A stretch of 64,000 bases of DNA from an uncultured Bacteroidota bacterium (GCA_902584445.1 CACHZY010000003.1:30496-94495); one strand, 5' to 3'. Shown: positions 39,590 through 50,386, counted from the first letter of the stretch. Made by a program: numbers and translations. Notes: generated by a model from the sequence alone, not told the origin.

Positions 39590-41437
39590 TTAATTAAGTA
39601 AAAGCTCTGATCTTCTGTTGACTAAATCATTGGGCTTATCATACCATTGAACAGGAAAAATTTCTTTTGAAAAATTAAATTTAGTATTGGGTTCGTGTTC
39701 CTTGATAAGGCTAAGGGTATTAAGCATGAGATTAGCCTCGGTCTCTGAATCAGCATTTGCAAGTAAATTTTTTAAAATCTTTTTGTCAAATGAAATTTTA
39801 TTTAGCATTAAATACTCTGCAGCACGAATTCTAACCAAGTTTTCTTTATCTATTTGCAGTATTGTTTGAATTAGCGGAACTAGTCCTTTTGCTTCAATTC
39901 CAAAGGAGGAGCAGACAATAAGACCCCAGTATCGTTTCCAAGGATTTTTATCTCTAAGAGCTGCCTTGATTTTTTCTTCCACCTTTTCAAATGGGGCTAA
40001 ATTAAGATCAGCAATAGCTATCAATTCTGCTATTGCTTCTTTATTTTTTTGACCAAAAGTAGTAGGATTTTTTAAGGCATTATCTAAAAGATAGGGTTCA
40101 GGATAAAAACTTAAATCGGGCATTGATAAAATTCTCTCTTGGAGCTGACCTCTCATTTGTAGAAGAATTTCCTTGTGATCTTCTGATTTAGAAAGATCAT
40201 TGACCTCATGTGGATCTAAATTTATGTTGTATAATGCCTCTGGGCTTTTGGGTTGAAAAAACTGACTTTGAATATCGTTTAGTTTACCATTTCGATAAAG
40301 ACTCAACCACTCTTTATAGGCAAGCATTTTATAACGATAAAAGTTAAACAAGGCATCCATATTAAAAGGTTGATAATTTCTAGTATACTTGAATTTTCCA
40401 ACCCTTAAAGTCCTTACCAAATCATATTTTTCATCAAATCTGTCTGCATATCCAAAGGCAGTATTTTTCGCTTTGATATGAGATTTTTGAACCCCTTTTC
40501 CCATCACTGGGGTACCATCCATTCCTATTGGTGGGTTAATTCCAGCTAATGCTAGTACGGTGGGTGCCAAATCTACGAACTCAACAAAAGTTTGACTTCT
40601 AGAACCTCTATTATAGGGTAATAAATGTTGCCACTTTTTGGGAACATATACTACTAAAGGAATTTTTAAACCGCTTTCATAAGTATAACCTTTACTTCTT
40701 GGTAATACCCCTCCATGATCTCCATAATAAAAAATTATGGTCTCTTCCATAAGCCCTTGATCATCAAGTTCCTTCAAAAATTTCGCTATTTGTTGATCTG
40801 CAAGCTTATGTCTATTGTGAAAGTGATAGTATGAAAATCTAAAGGTTTTGGTATCCGGATGATAAGGAAAAACTTTGATGTGCTCCAAATCTTCATCAGC
40901 GGTTTTATCAATTATTTCTTGACTGAAATGGAGATTTCCTTCATGGGTTATGGTATGATTTTGCACATGAAAAAAAGGTTGTCCTAGTTGTCTATTTTTA
41001 TACGTAGCTTTAGTTGAGGATTCATCCCAAACCTTATCAGGTAAAATAAAATTATAATCTTGTTTAGAATTGTTTGAAGTATAATAACCTGCTTTTTTCA
41101 AATAATAAGGCATTGGCATAAGATCATTTGGAAGAGGTACGTGTTTGGCTCGACGGTGGAATTGAGTAAAGATTCTAGGTGCATAACAGCCTGTTATAAG
41201 GGTGCTCCTGGCAACAGAACATACGGGGGCATTAGAGAAAGCATTATCAAAAACAATCCCCCCATTTGCTAGCTTCTCAATTGCTGGCATTGGTGCACCA
41301 TTTTCATTGTACAATCTCATATGATGGGATGAGTTGTCCTCAGTTGTTAGCCAAATAATATTAGGACGATCAACTTCTAAAGAATTACATGATAGATATA
41401 GAAATATAATAGCACCTAATAAAAAAAATATTCGCAT
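39590..41437 (-). CDS. S1-family sulfatase lipoprotein with non-canonical CSVAR active-site box and HEAT-like C-terminal extension
   Basis: Lipobox (YLSC); IIWLTTEDNS metal-site block; PVCSVARSTLITG instead of C-x-P/A-x-R; YGDHGG block; helical repeat-like tail of about 150 aa. Confidence 0.8.
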   Translation of the reverse strand: MRIFFLLGAIIFLYLSCNSLEVDRPNIIWLTTEDNSSHHMRLYNENGAPMPAIEKLANGGIVFDNAFSNAPVCSVARSTLITGCYAPRIFTQFHRRAKHVPLPNDLMPMPYYLKKAGYYTSNNSKQDYNFILPDKVWDESSTKATYKNRQLGQPFFHVQNHTITHEGNLHFSQEIIDKTADEDLEHIKVFPYHPDTKTFRFSYYHFHNRHKLADQQIAKFLKELDDQGLMEETIIFYYGDHGGVLPRSKGYTYESGLKIPLVVYVPKKWQHLLPYNRGSRSQTFVEFVDLAPTVLALAGINPPIGMDGTPVMGKGVQKSHIKAKNTAFGYADRFDEKYDLVRTLRVGKFKYTRNYQPFNMDALFNFYRYKMLAYKEWLSLYRNGKLNDIQSQFFQPKSPEALYNINLDPHEVNDLSKSEDHKEILLQMRGQLQERILSMPDLSFYPEPYLLDNALKNPTTFGQKNKEAIAELIAIADLNLAPFEKVEEKIKAALRDKNPWKRYWGLIVCSSFGIEAKGLVPLIQTILQIDKENLVRIRAAEYLMLNKISFDKKILKNLLANADSETEANLMLNTLSLIKEHEPNTKFNFSKEIFPVQWYDKPNDLVNRRSELLLN

Positions 41438-41445
41438 AATGAAAA

Positions 41446-42183
41446 TTATAATTGGGAATATGGCATTGGTAATAAGTAAGCTCTAGTAATGCTGGAACAA
41501 CAGCTGTCTTTATATGCCTCGTCACTTTTAAGTTTTTCCCAAGTAGGATGATGAACAAATTTTCCCCAATTTTCATTTCTTTCATCAAGATTTTCAAAAG
41601 ACAGCAGGTATGTCAAACAAGGCATTCTATCCCCCGAGATTTTTTCTCCAAAAAAAACTGAACCAAAATCAAGCTCATCAAATAAAGTAATCTCCCCCTC
41701 ATTGAACATGTTAACTTTTCTTCTAAAAGCATCTTCTGAGTGACTTTCATAAGTCCTTAGCTCAAAAAATCTATTTTCAGCATTAGGAGTAACTAAATTT
41801 GGCATTCCTTCAAATGCATCATAAAGTGATGTGCTATAGCGATTAAACATAGGGCTGTTTTTCTTATTTAGTTTTACAGATGCATCAGCATTATTTGGAT
41901 CGCCTTTAATTGAACGACTTACAGATTGATAAACTGTAATGTTTGGATAAGGAATAAGCACGTACATTTTTCTTGGAAGATCCATTGATGCTTCTTTAAA
42001 AACCCCAATATTGTTTATCCCCTTTTTGTTTAGTGTAGGGATGAGATAATCCTCAAAATAAGTATTAAAATCTTTAAAGTTTGAAGATTGATAAAGCTCA
42101 TATGTTCTCAATTCGTAAAATTCTCTCTGAGCCAAAAGATTTAGGCAAAACAAAAGTGCTGTTATTAAGATTAATTTTTTCAT
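41446..42183 (-). CDS. secreted tandem NIPSNAP-domain protein
   Basis: Signal peptide; two FYELRTYE / FFELRTYE NIPSNAP signatures; ends 8 nt before the sulfatase start (same strand). Confidence 0.65.
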   Translation of the reverse strand: MKKLILITALLFCLNLLAQREFYELRTYELYQSSNFKDFNTYFEDYLIPTLNKKGINNIGVFKEASMDLPRKMYVLIPYPNITVYQSVSRSIKGDPNNADASVKLNKKNSPMFNRYSTSLYDAFEGMPNLVTPNAENRFFELRTYESHSEDAFRRKVNMFNEGEITLFDELDFGSVFFGEKISGDRMPCLTYLLSFENLDERNENWGKFVHHPTWEKLKSDEAYKDSCCSSITRAYLLPMPYSQL

Positions 42184-42314
42184 GTTTTAAGATGTTTTTG
42201 AGTAAATATAATTTTTTTTTAAGTAAAAAAAGTTGGGAAATTAATTTGTAAAACCAAATAATAAAAAGTCATTTTTGACTAAAATGATCAAGAAATAACA
42301 AAATTTGAAATTTC

Positions 42315-42554
42315 TTAATTTATCAATTTATCAATCTCATTTGCTAATTTATGATCTAATTCAGTAATTGAATTTTTATCATGGGTCCATAATTCAAAAG
42401 AAACTTTATTATATACATTTATTATTTTAGGGTGATGATTTAATCTTTCAGAAACTTCACCAACCTGATTAATGAATTTTAATGCTTCTTTAAAATTTGA
42501 AAAATCGAAGGTTTTAATTAATTTACCAGTATTAGTAGACCATTTTTTTGACAT
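42315..42554 (-). CDS. 4a-hydroxytetrahydrobiopterin dehydratase (PCD/DCoH family)
   Basis: 79 aa; ERLNHHPKIINVYNKVSFELWTHD signature. Confidence 0.85.
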   Translation of the reverse strand: MSKKWSTNTGKLIKTFDFSNFKEALKFINQVGEVSERLNHHPKIINVYNKVSFELWTHDKNSITELDHKLANEIDKLIN

Positions 42555-42594
42555 TTGGAAATATTAAAATGAACATTAAATTTAAAAAAACGCT

Positions 42595-44202
42595 TTGAAA
42601 AATAAAATATTAAACGGATTCATTTTAGTCTTATCTCTGCTGATTTCGTGTGAGAAAAATCCTCTCCAAAAACCAAATATTATCTATATTCTAGCTGATG
42701 ATCTAGGGTATGGTGATATCAAAACATTTAATGTTGATGGGAAAATTAAAACTCCTCATATAGATAAGCTTGCTAAAGATGGAATCAAATTTACAGATGC
42801 TCATACTTCATCTTCAGTGTGCACTCCGACCAGATATGGAATTCTAACAGGTAGATATAATTGGAGGAGTAAATTAAAAAAAAGTGTATTAAGTGGTACC
42901 TCAAATGCTTTGATTTCAAAAGATCAAACTACTGTGGCTTCTTTCCTGAAACAAAATGGTTACCTAACAGGATTTATTGGTAAATGGCATCTAGGCTGGA
43001 ATTGGTCCTTTTCAGATACAATTATTCATTATGATTCTAACCCCGATCAAAGAAAAAAAACATTTTATGGCTTTGGTGAAAAAAGACACAGTTCAGCCGA
43101 TAGAATAGATTTTTCAAAAAAAATAACTAATTCCCCCAAGGATCTAGGTTTTGAATATTCATATGGACACTCTGGCTCACTAGATATGCCTCCCTATGTT
43201 TACGTAGAAAATGAAATAACTACTGCGAAAATTAATAGATTTACTTTTGCTGCGAAACCTTATTCTTGGTGGAGATATGGCCCAACTGCGTCAGACTTTG
43301 ATCATGAAGAGGTTACACCTAATTTTTTTGAAAAAGCTAAATCTTTTATTAGAAAAGCAGTAAAAAAAAATAAATCCTTTTTTTTGTACCTTCCTCTTCC
43401 ATCACCTCATACTCCTATTCTTCCACTTAAAAAATGGCAAGGAAAGAGTGGTCTTAATTCATATGCAGATTTTGTAATGCAGATTGATAATCATATTGGA
43501 GAACTAGATAATCTACTCGAAGAATTGAAAATTTCAAATAATACTATTGTAATTTTTACAAGTGATAATGGATGCTCACCTGAAGCTAATTTTAATTTAC
43601 TTTCTGAAAAAGGACACTACCCTAGCGGTAAATTTAGAGGACATAAAGCTGATATTTTTGAGGGTGGCCATAGAGTACCTTTTATAATAAAATGGCCAAA
43701 AAAAATCCAACCAGGGTCTAGTTCAGATAAAACAATTTGTACTACAGATTTAATGGCGACATGTGCTGAAATTTTAAATATTAAGTTAGATCAAAATGAA
43801 GGTGTCGATAGTTTTTCTATGGTTCCTCTTTTTTCAAAAGAAACCCACGGTAACTTTAAAAGGTCATATACAGTCCACCACTCTATTAATGGAAGCTTTG
43901 CAATTAGAAAGGGAAAATATAAGTTCATATTTTGTCCAGGCTCAGGGGGGTGGAGTGTACCTAAACCGAGTCAAAATGAAACTAAGAATCTTCCTAGGTT
44001 CCAACTTTACGATCTAAATAATGATCCTTCAGAATCAAATAATCTTTATGGTCAATTTCCAAAAATAGAAAAAAAACTAATAGCAATTTTTAAAAATGCC
44101 ATTACTAATGGAAGGACTACTGATGGTCCTGTTCAAGAAAATTTTCCTACAAATCGTTTCAATGAAAAATGGGAGCCTCTCGCTATTTTTTCTGAAGACT
44201 GA
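42595..44202 (+). CDS. arylsulfatase (S1 family) lipoprotein
   Basis: NIIYILADDLGYGD, canonical SSSVCTPTRYGILTGRY (C-x-P-x-R), SDNG, GHK blocks; TTG start with lipobox (LISC). Confidence 0.88.
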   Translation: MKNKILNGFILVLSLLISCEKNPLQKPNIIYILADDLGYGDIKTFNVDGKIKTPHIDKLAKDGIKFTDAHTSSSVCTPTRYGILTGRYNWRSKLKKSVLSGTSNALISKDQTTVASFLKQNGYLTGFIGKWHLGWNWSFSDTIIHYDSNPDQRKKTFYGFGEKRHSSADRIDFSKKITNSPKDLGFEYSYGHSGSLDMPPYVYVENEITTAKINRFTFAAKPYSWWRYGPTASDFDHEEVTPNFFEKAKSFIRKAVKKNKSFFLYLPLPSPHTPILPLKKWQGKSGLNSYADFVMQIDNHIGELDNLLEELKISNNTIVIFTSDNGCSPEANFNLLSEKGHYPSGKFRGHKADIFEGGHRVPFIIKWPKKIQPGSSSDKTICTTDLMATCAEILNIKLDQNEGVDSFSMVPLFSKETHGNFKRSYTVHHSINGSFAIRKGKYKFIFCPGSGGWSVPKPSQNETKNLPRFQLYDLNNDPSESNNLYGQFPKIEKKLIAIFKNAITNGRTTDGPVQENFPTNRFNEKWEPLAIFSED

Positions 44203-44253
44203 TATATCCCACATTTAAGTAGATATCCCTAATAAGATAAAGTTTTAATACAA

Positions 44254-44592
44254 CTAAAAAATCAGCTTAAAGCTTAAATAAGCATTAAGTAAACAATAAA
44301 ATACTGCAGGTAAAATCTTTATTAAATTATCCTTGATTTTAATTCGAACAGCAACTCCAAAAAGCATCATTAAAGAGAGACCTATAGTGCTTAATGCCTG
44401 AAGATTGTCTACCCAAAAACCAATAATAATTCCCAAACTACCAAGGAGTTGGAACCACCCTGTTAGCTTTCTGAACTGTGGGATGCGGTAACGAATAAAC
44501 TCATCAATCATGAAACTATTAAAAAAAGAACTCAAACCGTAAAAAAAGAAGGAGACTGATGAAAATAATATCAAAAAATTGAATAGCGTCAT
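44254..44592 (-). CDS. DoxX-like small membrane protein
   Basis: 112 aa, four predicted TM helices. Confidence 0.45.
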   Translation of the reverse strand: MTLFNFLILFSSVSFFFYGLSSFFNSFMIDEFIRYRIPQFRKLTGWFQLLGSLGIIIGFWVDNLQALSTIGLSLMMLFGVAVRIKIKDNLIKILPAVFYCLLNAYLSFKLIF

Positions 44593-44668
44593 TAATTCTT
44601 TATCTCAATGATAATGGATAATTTAGAATAAATAAGCTACTGTGGAATTTCAAAAAGTGTTTAAGAGA

Positions 44669-45067
44669 TTAATTTGAAGTTGATTCAACGGTTGGATTGG
44701 ATTTTAAAAATAGGATTAAGAGACAAGATATTAGCATTGAAGCCGATGGAATAGTAGGTACTAACCCGTCACCTGCATTAAAATGAAAATAAACTGCACC
44801 AATCATAAATAAAGCCATAATTCCAGCTGAGGGCTTTAGTAAAGATTGAAACTTAAATGCCCCTAATAATAGAAGTATTGATAAAATTACTTTAGTAATA
44901 CCAACAATAATCATAATTGAACTGTCTAGACCATATAGTTGAAATTCCTCAACCATGTTTTCAGCTCCTCCACCTCTGAAAATTGAAGACATTTTAAAAC
45001 GAATTGTCCAAGCACTTAAAACAGTTACTGAAATTAGCAGTGATAATAATTTTGTTACCATTTTCAT
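44669..45067 (-). CDS. DoxX-family membrane protein
   Basis: 132 aa, four TM helices, adjacent paralogue-like gene. Confidence 0.5.
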   Translation of the reverse strand: MKMVTKLLSLLISVTVLSAWTIRFKMSSIFRGGGAENMVEEFQLYGLDSSIMIIVGITKVILSILLLLGAFKFQSLLKPSAGIMALFMIGAVYFHFNAGDGLVPTIPSASMLISCLLILFLKSNPTVESTSN

Positions 45068-45448
45068 GATTTAAAAAAATTTTAAATTTAATATGAGTAA
45101 AGTTATTTTAACAATAAAGCTAATAAAGATTGAGAGATGATCTTATTATATTGATAAATAAACTTAAAAAATTGCTAAAAAATTTACATTCAACCACCAA
45201 AAAAGGCGTTCCAAGCTAACAGATTTTCATGAAAAAATAATAAAACAGCTGTTATCATGAAATCAAAAATCTATTTAATTAGATTTTTAAACTATTTTAA
45301 ATCTTTCTGGGGCGTTTTTAACAAAAACTTATATCTTACAAATATGGAATGGTATATTAAAAACCGGTGGTGGATTTGGGCTATTACAGCTGTATATCTA
45401 GTATATAGAATTTATCTCTCAATTACATATCAACCATAATTAAATTAA

Positions 45449-46069
45449 ATGATCCCAAGAAAATTATTTATTGCTTTTACAATTTTTTTGGCCTCTTTGT
45501 TGCATGGACAACAATTCGATTTAAATAATATTAAAATTGATGACGTTAAAAATGTCTTACAGGGTGTTTTAGGAAAAAGTGAAAAAAATAATCCGAAATG
45601 GTCAGGTTCCCCAGGAGACCCTAATTTTAAAATTGCTGACAGAATAGCTATCAAAGATGTTATTGATGCATATGGAATTTATTGGGACACAAATGACCTC
45701 GATAATTATTTATCCCTTTTCACAGATGATGCTGTTGGGATAAGTTATAATTATAAGGGCGAAAAGATTACTGATAGAATTAAAGACAAACGTAAAATAC
45801 TAAAAAGTAAGGAGCGAATGGATTATTTTGAGTCTCATGGTTTTCAAAGAAGGCATATGATGTGTAATAGTTTGATACTTGAATTAAATGAGCGTTTCGC
45901 TCACCTGAAGCAATATATGATACTTTTAAACACAAATAAGAATTCCAAAGTAGAAATTGTTACCCCAATATTTTACGATTTTAAACTAAAAAAAACTGAT
46001 GGCATTTGGAAAATTAGCTATCGAGAGATTAATTTGGATGCTCCCCTTGATTTGGAATTAATGCCATAA
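45449..46069 (+). CDS. secreted SnoaL/NTF2-like fold protein
   Basis: Signal peptide; DRIAIKDVIDAYGIYWDTNDLDNYLSLFTDDAV, typical of SnoaL_4/NTF2-like domains. Confidence 0.5.
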   Translation: MIPRKLFIAFTIFLASLLHGQQFDLNNIKIDDVKNVLQGVLGKSEKNNPKWSGSPGDPNFKIADRIAIKDVIDAYGIYWDTNDLDNYLSLFTDDAVGISYNYKGEKITDRIKDKRKILKSKERMDYFESHGFQRRHMMCNSLILELNERFAHLKQYMILLNTNKNSKVEIVTPIFYDFKLKKTDGIWKISYREINLDAPLDLELMP

Positions 46070-46149
46070 ATTTAGAAAACTATTAATTGATTATTATTGT
46101 TTGATTAATGGAATGATCTCATCATTAATTCCTCAATAAAATATGATTT

Positions 46150-47655
46150 ATGAAAGTTAAAATATTGATTTTTCCCAGGGCGACAAAGTTTCTAAAATCT
46201 CTTTTTGAAAAGAAAATCCTTTTTTCAATTATAATTATGGCCTTCTTTAATAACTGCGATTATTCAGTTAATCAGGTCTTAATCAAAAAACCAAATATTC
46301 TATTGATTTCAGTGGATGATCTCAATGATTGGATAGGTGTCATGGGTGGCCATCCTCAGATGAAAACACCCAATATTGATCGATTAGCATCCAAGGGGAT
46401 ACTTTTCACAAATGCCAATTGTCAATCACCCGTTTGTAACCCCTCCAGAGCAAGTATGATGACTTCTCTATATCCTAGTTCAACAGGTATCTATTTTTTA
46501 AACCCTCCACTAGAGCAGTCTGACAAATCATTGGAAAGCACTGTCATGCCGCAGCGTTTTTTAGAAGAAGGATATGATGTCTTTGGGGCTGGAAAGTTAT
46601 TTCACAATAAAAAAGAAAATAAAAAATATATTGATGAATATTGGGGTGGTTTTGGAGAATGGTTTGGACCACTAAGTGAGAAAAAAATAAGTGATTTTGA
46701 CGGAGAGGCAAGATTATGGGATTGGGGTAGTCTAGATATAGAAGATGAAGAGTCAGAAGACAGCCAAATTGCCAATTGGGCAGTAAATATTCTTTCTGAG
46801 GATAATGAAAAACCTTTTTGGTTAGGCGTAGGTTTTTTTAAACCACATGTACCTTTTATTGCCCCAAAAAAATGGTTTGATCGATATCCGCTTGACTCGA
46901 TTCAACTTCCAGAAATTATTGATGGAGACCTAAATGATATCTCTGGATATGCAAAAAGCTTAACTCGCTATGGTCATGTTGCACCAAGTCATAAGTGGGT
47001 AGTTTCCAATAATCAATGGAGATCATTGGTAAGATCTTATTTAGCGTGTGTTAGTTTTGTAGATGATCAAGTAGGTAAAGTTCTTGATGCATTAGAAAGA
47101 AGTGATAAAGCCCAAAACACATATGTTGTATTATATAGTGATCATGGATTCCACTTAGGAGAAAAAGAAAAATGGGCGAAAAGAAGTCTTTGGAAAAATA
47201 GTACCAAAGTTCCCTTAATTATTTCAGGGCCTGGTATTCCAAAGGGCGAAACATGTGACCTACCAGTGCAATTGTTGGATATCTATCCTACCCTTCTTGA
47301 GCTTTCAGGCTTAGCCTCAGACCCAATTCACCAAGGGAATTCATTGATTCCTATATTAAAAAAGGGGGCCAGTGAATGGCCTTATATGGCGCGAACAAGT
47401 ATTGGCCCTGGTAATTATTCCATTGTGTCAAAAAACTATCGATTTATTCAATACAATGACAACACAGCCGAATTATATGATCGAATAAATGATCCCAATG
47501 AATGGTATAATTTAATTAATAATCCAGATTTGAGTGATGTCATTAGGGAGCATAGAAATAAAATTCCAAACCAAAGACATAAAATCCTAGGTCAAGGATC
47601 ACTGGGTCATGAATCATATAGTTTTAGCGAGAAAGGAGTTTTTATGGAAAATTAA
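46150..47655 (+). CDS. S1-family sulfatase (iduronate-2-sulfatase-like)
   Basis: NILLISVDDLNDW, canonical QSPVCNPSRASMMTS box, YSDHGFHLGEKEKWAK block. True start may be an internal Met. Confidence 0.88.
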   Translation: MKVKILIFPRATKFLKSLFEKKILFSIIIMAFFNNCDYSVNQVLIKKPNILLISVDDLNDWIGVMGGHPQMKTPNIDRLASKGILFTNANCQSPVCNPSRASMMTSLYPSSTGIYFLNPPLEQSDKSLESTVMPQRFLEEGYDVFGAGKLFHNKKENKKYIDEYWGGFGEWFGPLSEKKISDFDGEARLWDWGSLDIEDEESEDSQIANWAVNILSEDNEKPFWLGVGFFKPHVPFIAPKKWFDRYPLDSIQLPEIIDGDLNDISGYAKSLTRYGHVAPSHKWVVSNNQWRSLVRSYLACVSFVDDQVGKVLDALERSDKAQNTYVVLYSDHGFHLGEKEKWAKRSLWKNSTKVPLIISGPGIPKGETCDLPVQLLDIYPTLLELSGLASDPIHQGNSLIPILKKGASEWPYMARTSIGPGNYSIVSKNYRFIQYNDNTAELYDRINDPNEWYNLINNPDLSDVIREHRNKIPNQRHKILGQGSLGHESYSFSEKGVFMEN

Positions 47656-47663
47656 ATTTCAAT

Positions 47664-48530
47664 TTATTTATACATCCACAGCAAAATATCCTTAGCCTGG
47701 TGTGACCAAGACCGGGAGGAATGGGATCCCTGTTGATCAACCCAGTACAAAAGATTTTCTTTTGAAAAATTAATTTTATTTAAATAGTCAATAAATTTAT
47801 CAACCCCAAGTTGGAGACCAGAATCAAAATTATCTGTGCCATTAACAATTGCAAGTTTTAGATTGTCTGGTACTTTGGCTTTTTTTAATAACTCAAAATA
47901 GTTTTGATCCCTATATATTATTCCAGGGGATAGACAAGCTGCTTTATTAAAGACATCATTTCTTTCCCATCCAAGGTACAATGAAATTAATCCACCAGCA
48001 GAAGATCCCAGTGTGCCGATATCCCCCGAGTCAATTCTATATAATTTTTTAATCTCTGGGATTAGCTCTTGGGTTAATGCTTTTCCAAAATTAATTCCAT
48101 TTCTAGTAGGAACATATTCGTATCCTCGATTTTTAGTATTACTTACGCCTACCATTATAATAGGTTTTATTTTTTTGGATTGGATTAACTCATGAACCGT
48201 TTCGTCTAGGTTCCAACCTGGTTTTGGTAATGAATCCTTTATTAATTTATTTCTTTTCCCAAACCCGCCGTTTTTAGAATAAAAAACAGCCCTTCCGTCA
48301 TGAACTACCAATAGAGGATATTTATCTTTATTAAGATCATATCCTTTTGGAATCCAGACAAATATCTTTCTTGAATTATTAAGAACTTTAGAATCAAAGT
48401 CGTGCTGGAAAACCTTACCCGTGACATCTTTGTGCTCAAATAACATTGGCTGTGAAAGTTTAAATTGAGTAATTCCTTGCCCAACACTCAAGAAATGTAT
48501 TGAAAAGGCCAGTAGAGTTAGTTTTTTCAT
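47664..48530 (-). CDS. secreted alpha/beta-hydrolase esterase (putative-esterase family)
   Basis: Signal peptide; nucleophile elbow GSSAGG; YPLLVVHDG block. Confidence 0.7.
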   Translation of the reverse strand: MKKLTLLAFSIHFLSVGQGITQFKLSQPMLFEHKDVTGKVFQHDFDSKVLNNSRKIFVWIPKGYDLNKDKYPLLVVHDGRAVFYSKNGGFGKRNKLIKDSLPKPGWNLDETVHELIQSKKIKPIIMVGVSNTKNRGYEYVPTRNGINFGKALTQELIPEIKKLYRIDSGDIGTLGSSAGGLISLYLGWERNDVFNKAACLSPGIIYRDQNYFELLKKAKVPDNLKLAIVNGTDNFDSGLQLGVDKFIDYLNKINFSKENLLYWVDQQGSHSSRSWSHQAKDILLWMYK

Positions 48531-48616
48531 TATAAATTATTATGATTTATAGAAGTTAATTTAAAAAATTAAAATGATTCATGTGAAAAGTTAAACTTCC
48601 AACTCAGAATTATTTT

Positions 48617-49264
48617 TTAAAAAATATCTCTTGGCTTAAAAGTCTTAAGCCTAACAGTTTTATCTGATTTAATTTCATTTATCATTTTTTGAGCCAGATC
48701 TGAAACTGATATAGGTTTTTGAGATTTTAAAATCCCAATTTGGTTTAACAGCTTTAGAATCTTTAAGGCTATTTTCTCTGCAGGCCTTATTAAATTTGAC
48801 TGTCTAATCAAAAACGGTGGCTGAAATATATAAATATTATTGAAACCAAGCTTTTTAACGGCCTCCTCTAAAGCACCTTTAGTTTTTGGATAAAAAAAAG
48901 GAGATTTAATATTTGCACCTACAGATGAAACCAAAGAATAATGAATAACTTTATTTTCTGATCCAATTTTAGCAAATTCATATTGATAGTTAAAGTCAAC
49001 AAGATATTGCTGAGTTTTACTGCCTGCTTGACTTAAAGTTGTTCCTAGCGCTGAAAAAATAACGTCCCCATTAATTAGGCCTTTATACTCATTCAATCTA
49101 GAAAAATCTATTTCATAAATTGTAAGCTTTTTATGCTTAACCCTAGGCTTTTTTCTCACAAATATTGTGACTTTACTAAAATTGGGGTCTTTTAATAATA
49201 ACTTTACGAGTTCTTGTCCTGTAGCTCCTGTTGCTCCTAAAACTATTGCCTCTAGACTTTTCAT
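48617..49264 (-). CDS. NAD(P)H-binding (atypical SDR / HTATIP2-like) protein
   Basis: N-terminal VLGATGATGQELV Rossmann motif, 215 aa. Confidence 0.7.
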   Translation of the reverse strand: MKSLEAIVLGATGATGQELVKLLLKDPNFSKVTIFVRKKPRVKHKKLTIYEIDFSRLNEYKGLINGDVIFSALGTTLSQAGSKTQQYLVDFNYQYEFAKIGSENKVIHYSLVSSVGANIKSPFFYPKTKGALEEAVKKLGFNNIYIFQPPFLIRQSNLIRPAEKIALKILKLLNQIGILKSQKPISVSDLAQKMINEIKSDKTVRLKTFKPRDIF

Positions 49265-49283
49265 AATAAATATATATATATCA

Positions 49284-49309
49284 AATAAAAACCCTCCACT
49301 TGGGAGGGT
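49284..49309 (-). terminator. rho-independent terminator of the 49334..50026 gene
   Basis: On the minus strand: ACCCTCC-CAAGT-GGAGGGT followed by TTTT. Confidence 0.6.
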
Positions 49310-49333
49310 AAATAGTTTATTTAAAATCGAAAT

Positions 49334-50026
49334 TTAAAAGTCCATCACACGTATACTCATCAAAGTATTGATAACTTTTCTAGAGCCAGAAACCTTTTTA
49401 GAAAACTCTGCAAATAAAGGGTCTGAAAACATCGATTTAGTTATAGAAAGAGCAGTTTTGATGTCGGGATATCCTTGCCAAACAAAATGAGTAAATTCTG
49501 AATTTTTTCCTACGATTGGAATTGCTATACCATATGAATTCCCTTCTATTCCTAATTTTTTTTCTAATTTCTTAGATAAAGATTGAAATTCCTTAAGATA
49601 CAGTGAAGGATTTGAAACTTCCATTTGATATATCATAAAAACATTATCCTCAGCCCAATCTTCTCCATTGTACCAGATTGGTGTATTTAATGATTGAGAA
49701 ATATCTTCTGAAAATCCTTGAAGTTTACGTTCCCAAATTAATTGAGCTTCACTTGATTGACCGTATGAGGCGAATGCATTTTCAAAAGCTACCTCATTGG
49801 GAAAACAAAATTGAATGGAATGTGTAGCCTCATTAGTTCCGTTAGGACCGTAAGTAAATAATGATTTTGTAGCTTCTAAACTTTTTCCCCAATCTGTATT
49901 CATAAGTTCATTCATGGCCGATACAACCATTTCAGGCTCATCAACTTTAATGTCAAAGAAAAGACAGTATTGGGCATTTATACTCAGAGTACAAAAAAAT
50001 AGTAGTGATAAAATTAATTTTTTCAT
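49334..50026 (-). CDS. secreted hypothetical protein
   Basis: Clear signal peptide (..TLSINAQ), 230 aa, own terminator; no recognisable motif. Confidence 0.45.
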   Translation of the reverse strand: MKKLILSLLFFCTLSINAQYCLFFDIKVDEPEMVVSAMNELMNTDWGKSLEATKSLFTYGPNGTNEATHSIQFCFPNEVAFENAFASYGQSSEAQLIWERKLQGFSEDISQSLNTPIWYNGEDWAEDNVFMIYQMEVSNPSLYLKEFQSLSKKLEKKLGIEGNSYGIAIPIVGKNSEFTHFVWQGYPDIKTALSITKSMFSDPLFAEFSKKVSGSRKVINTLMSIRVMDF

Positions 50027-50386
50027 TTTAAATAGTTTAAGATTAATGATGGCTAAAGTATGGAATTTTCCAATCTAAATGTATAGTTACTAAAACCAAA
50101 ATTTGGTTTTGGAATTATAAATAATTAAAAAATAAAATATATATTTCTTTTATTAAGAAATTGAATAGTAAAAAAAGCTTACAATTCTTAAAACTCAATA
50201 GAATTAAATTTTAATCTATTTCCAAAGAAAAGTTGAATAATGGCCAATTATTGGTCTAGTTTAGGCAGGACAATTATTTAAAAAATTAGTTGTTGGAAAA
50301 CAAATTAACTTGAAATATTATTTTACTAAGAATTGGATCTATTAAAATTTATATCGTAATAGTAATAAATTCAAATTAAATAAGTT

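Noticed and set aside
41385-41597. 70-aa minus-strand ORF spanning the NIPSNAP / sulfatase junction
   Set aside because: It overlaps two well-supported CDSs in a different frame.
45257-45439. 60-aa plus-strand ORF between the DoxX and NTF2-like genes
   Set aside because: It lies in a divergent promoter region. Only the last ~30 residues look like a TM helix, and there is no start context. Too weak to call.
49270-49281. (AT)6 microsatellite upstream of the NAD(P)-binding gene
   Set aside because: It is short, lies in very AT-rich promoter DNA, and has no evidence of function or variability.
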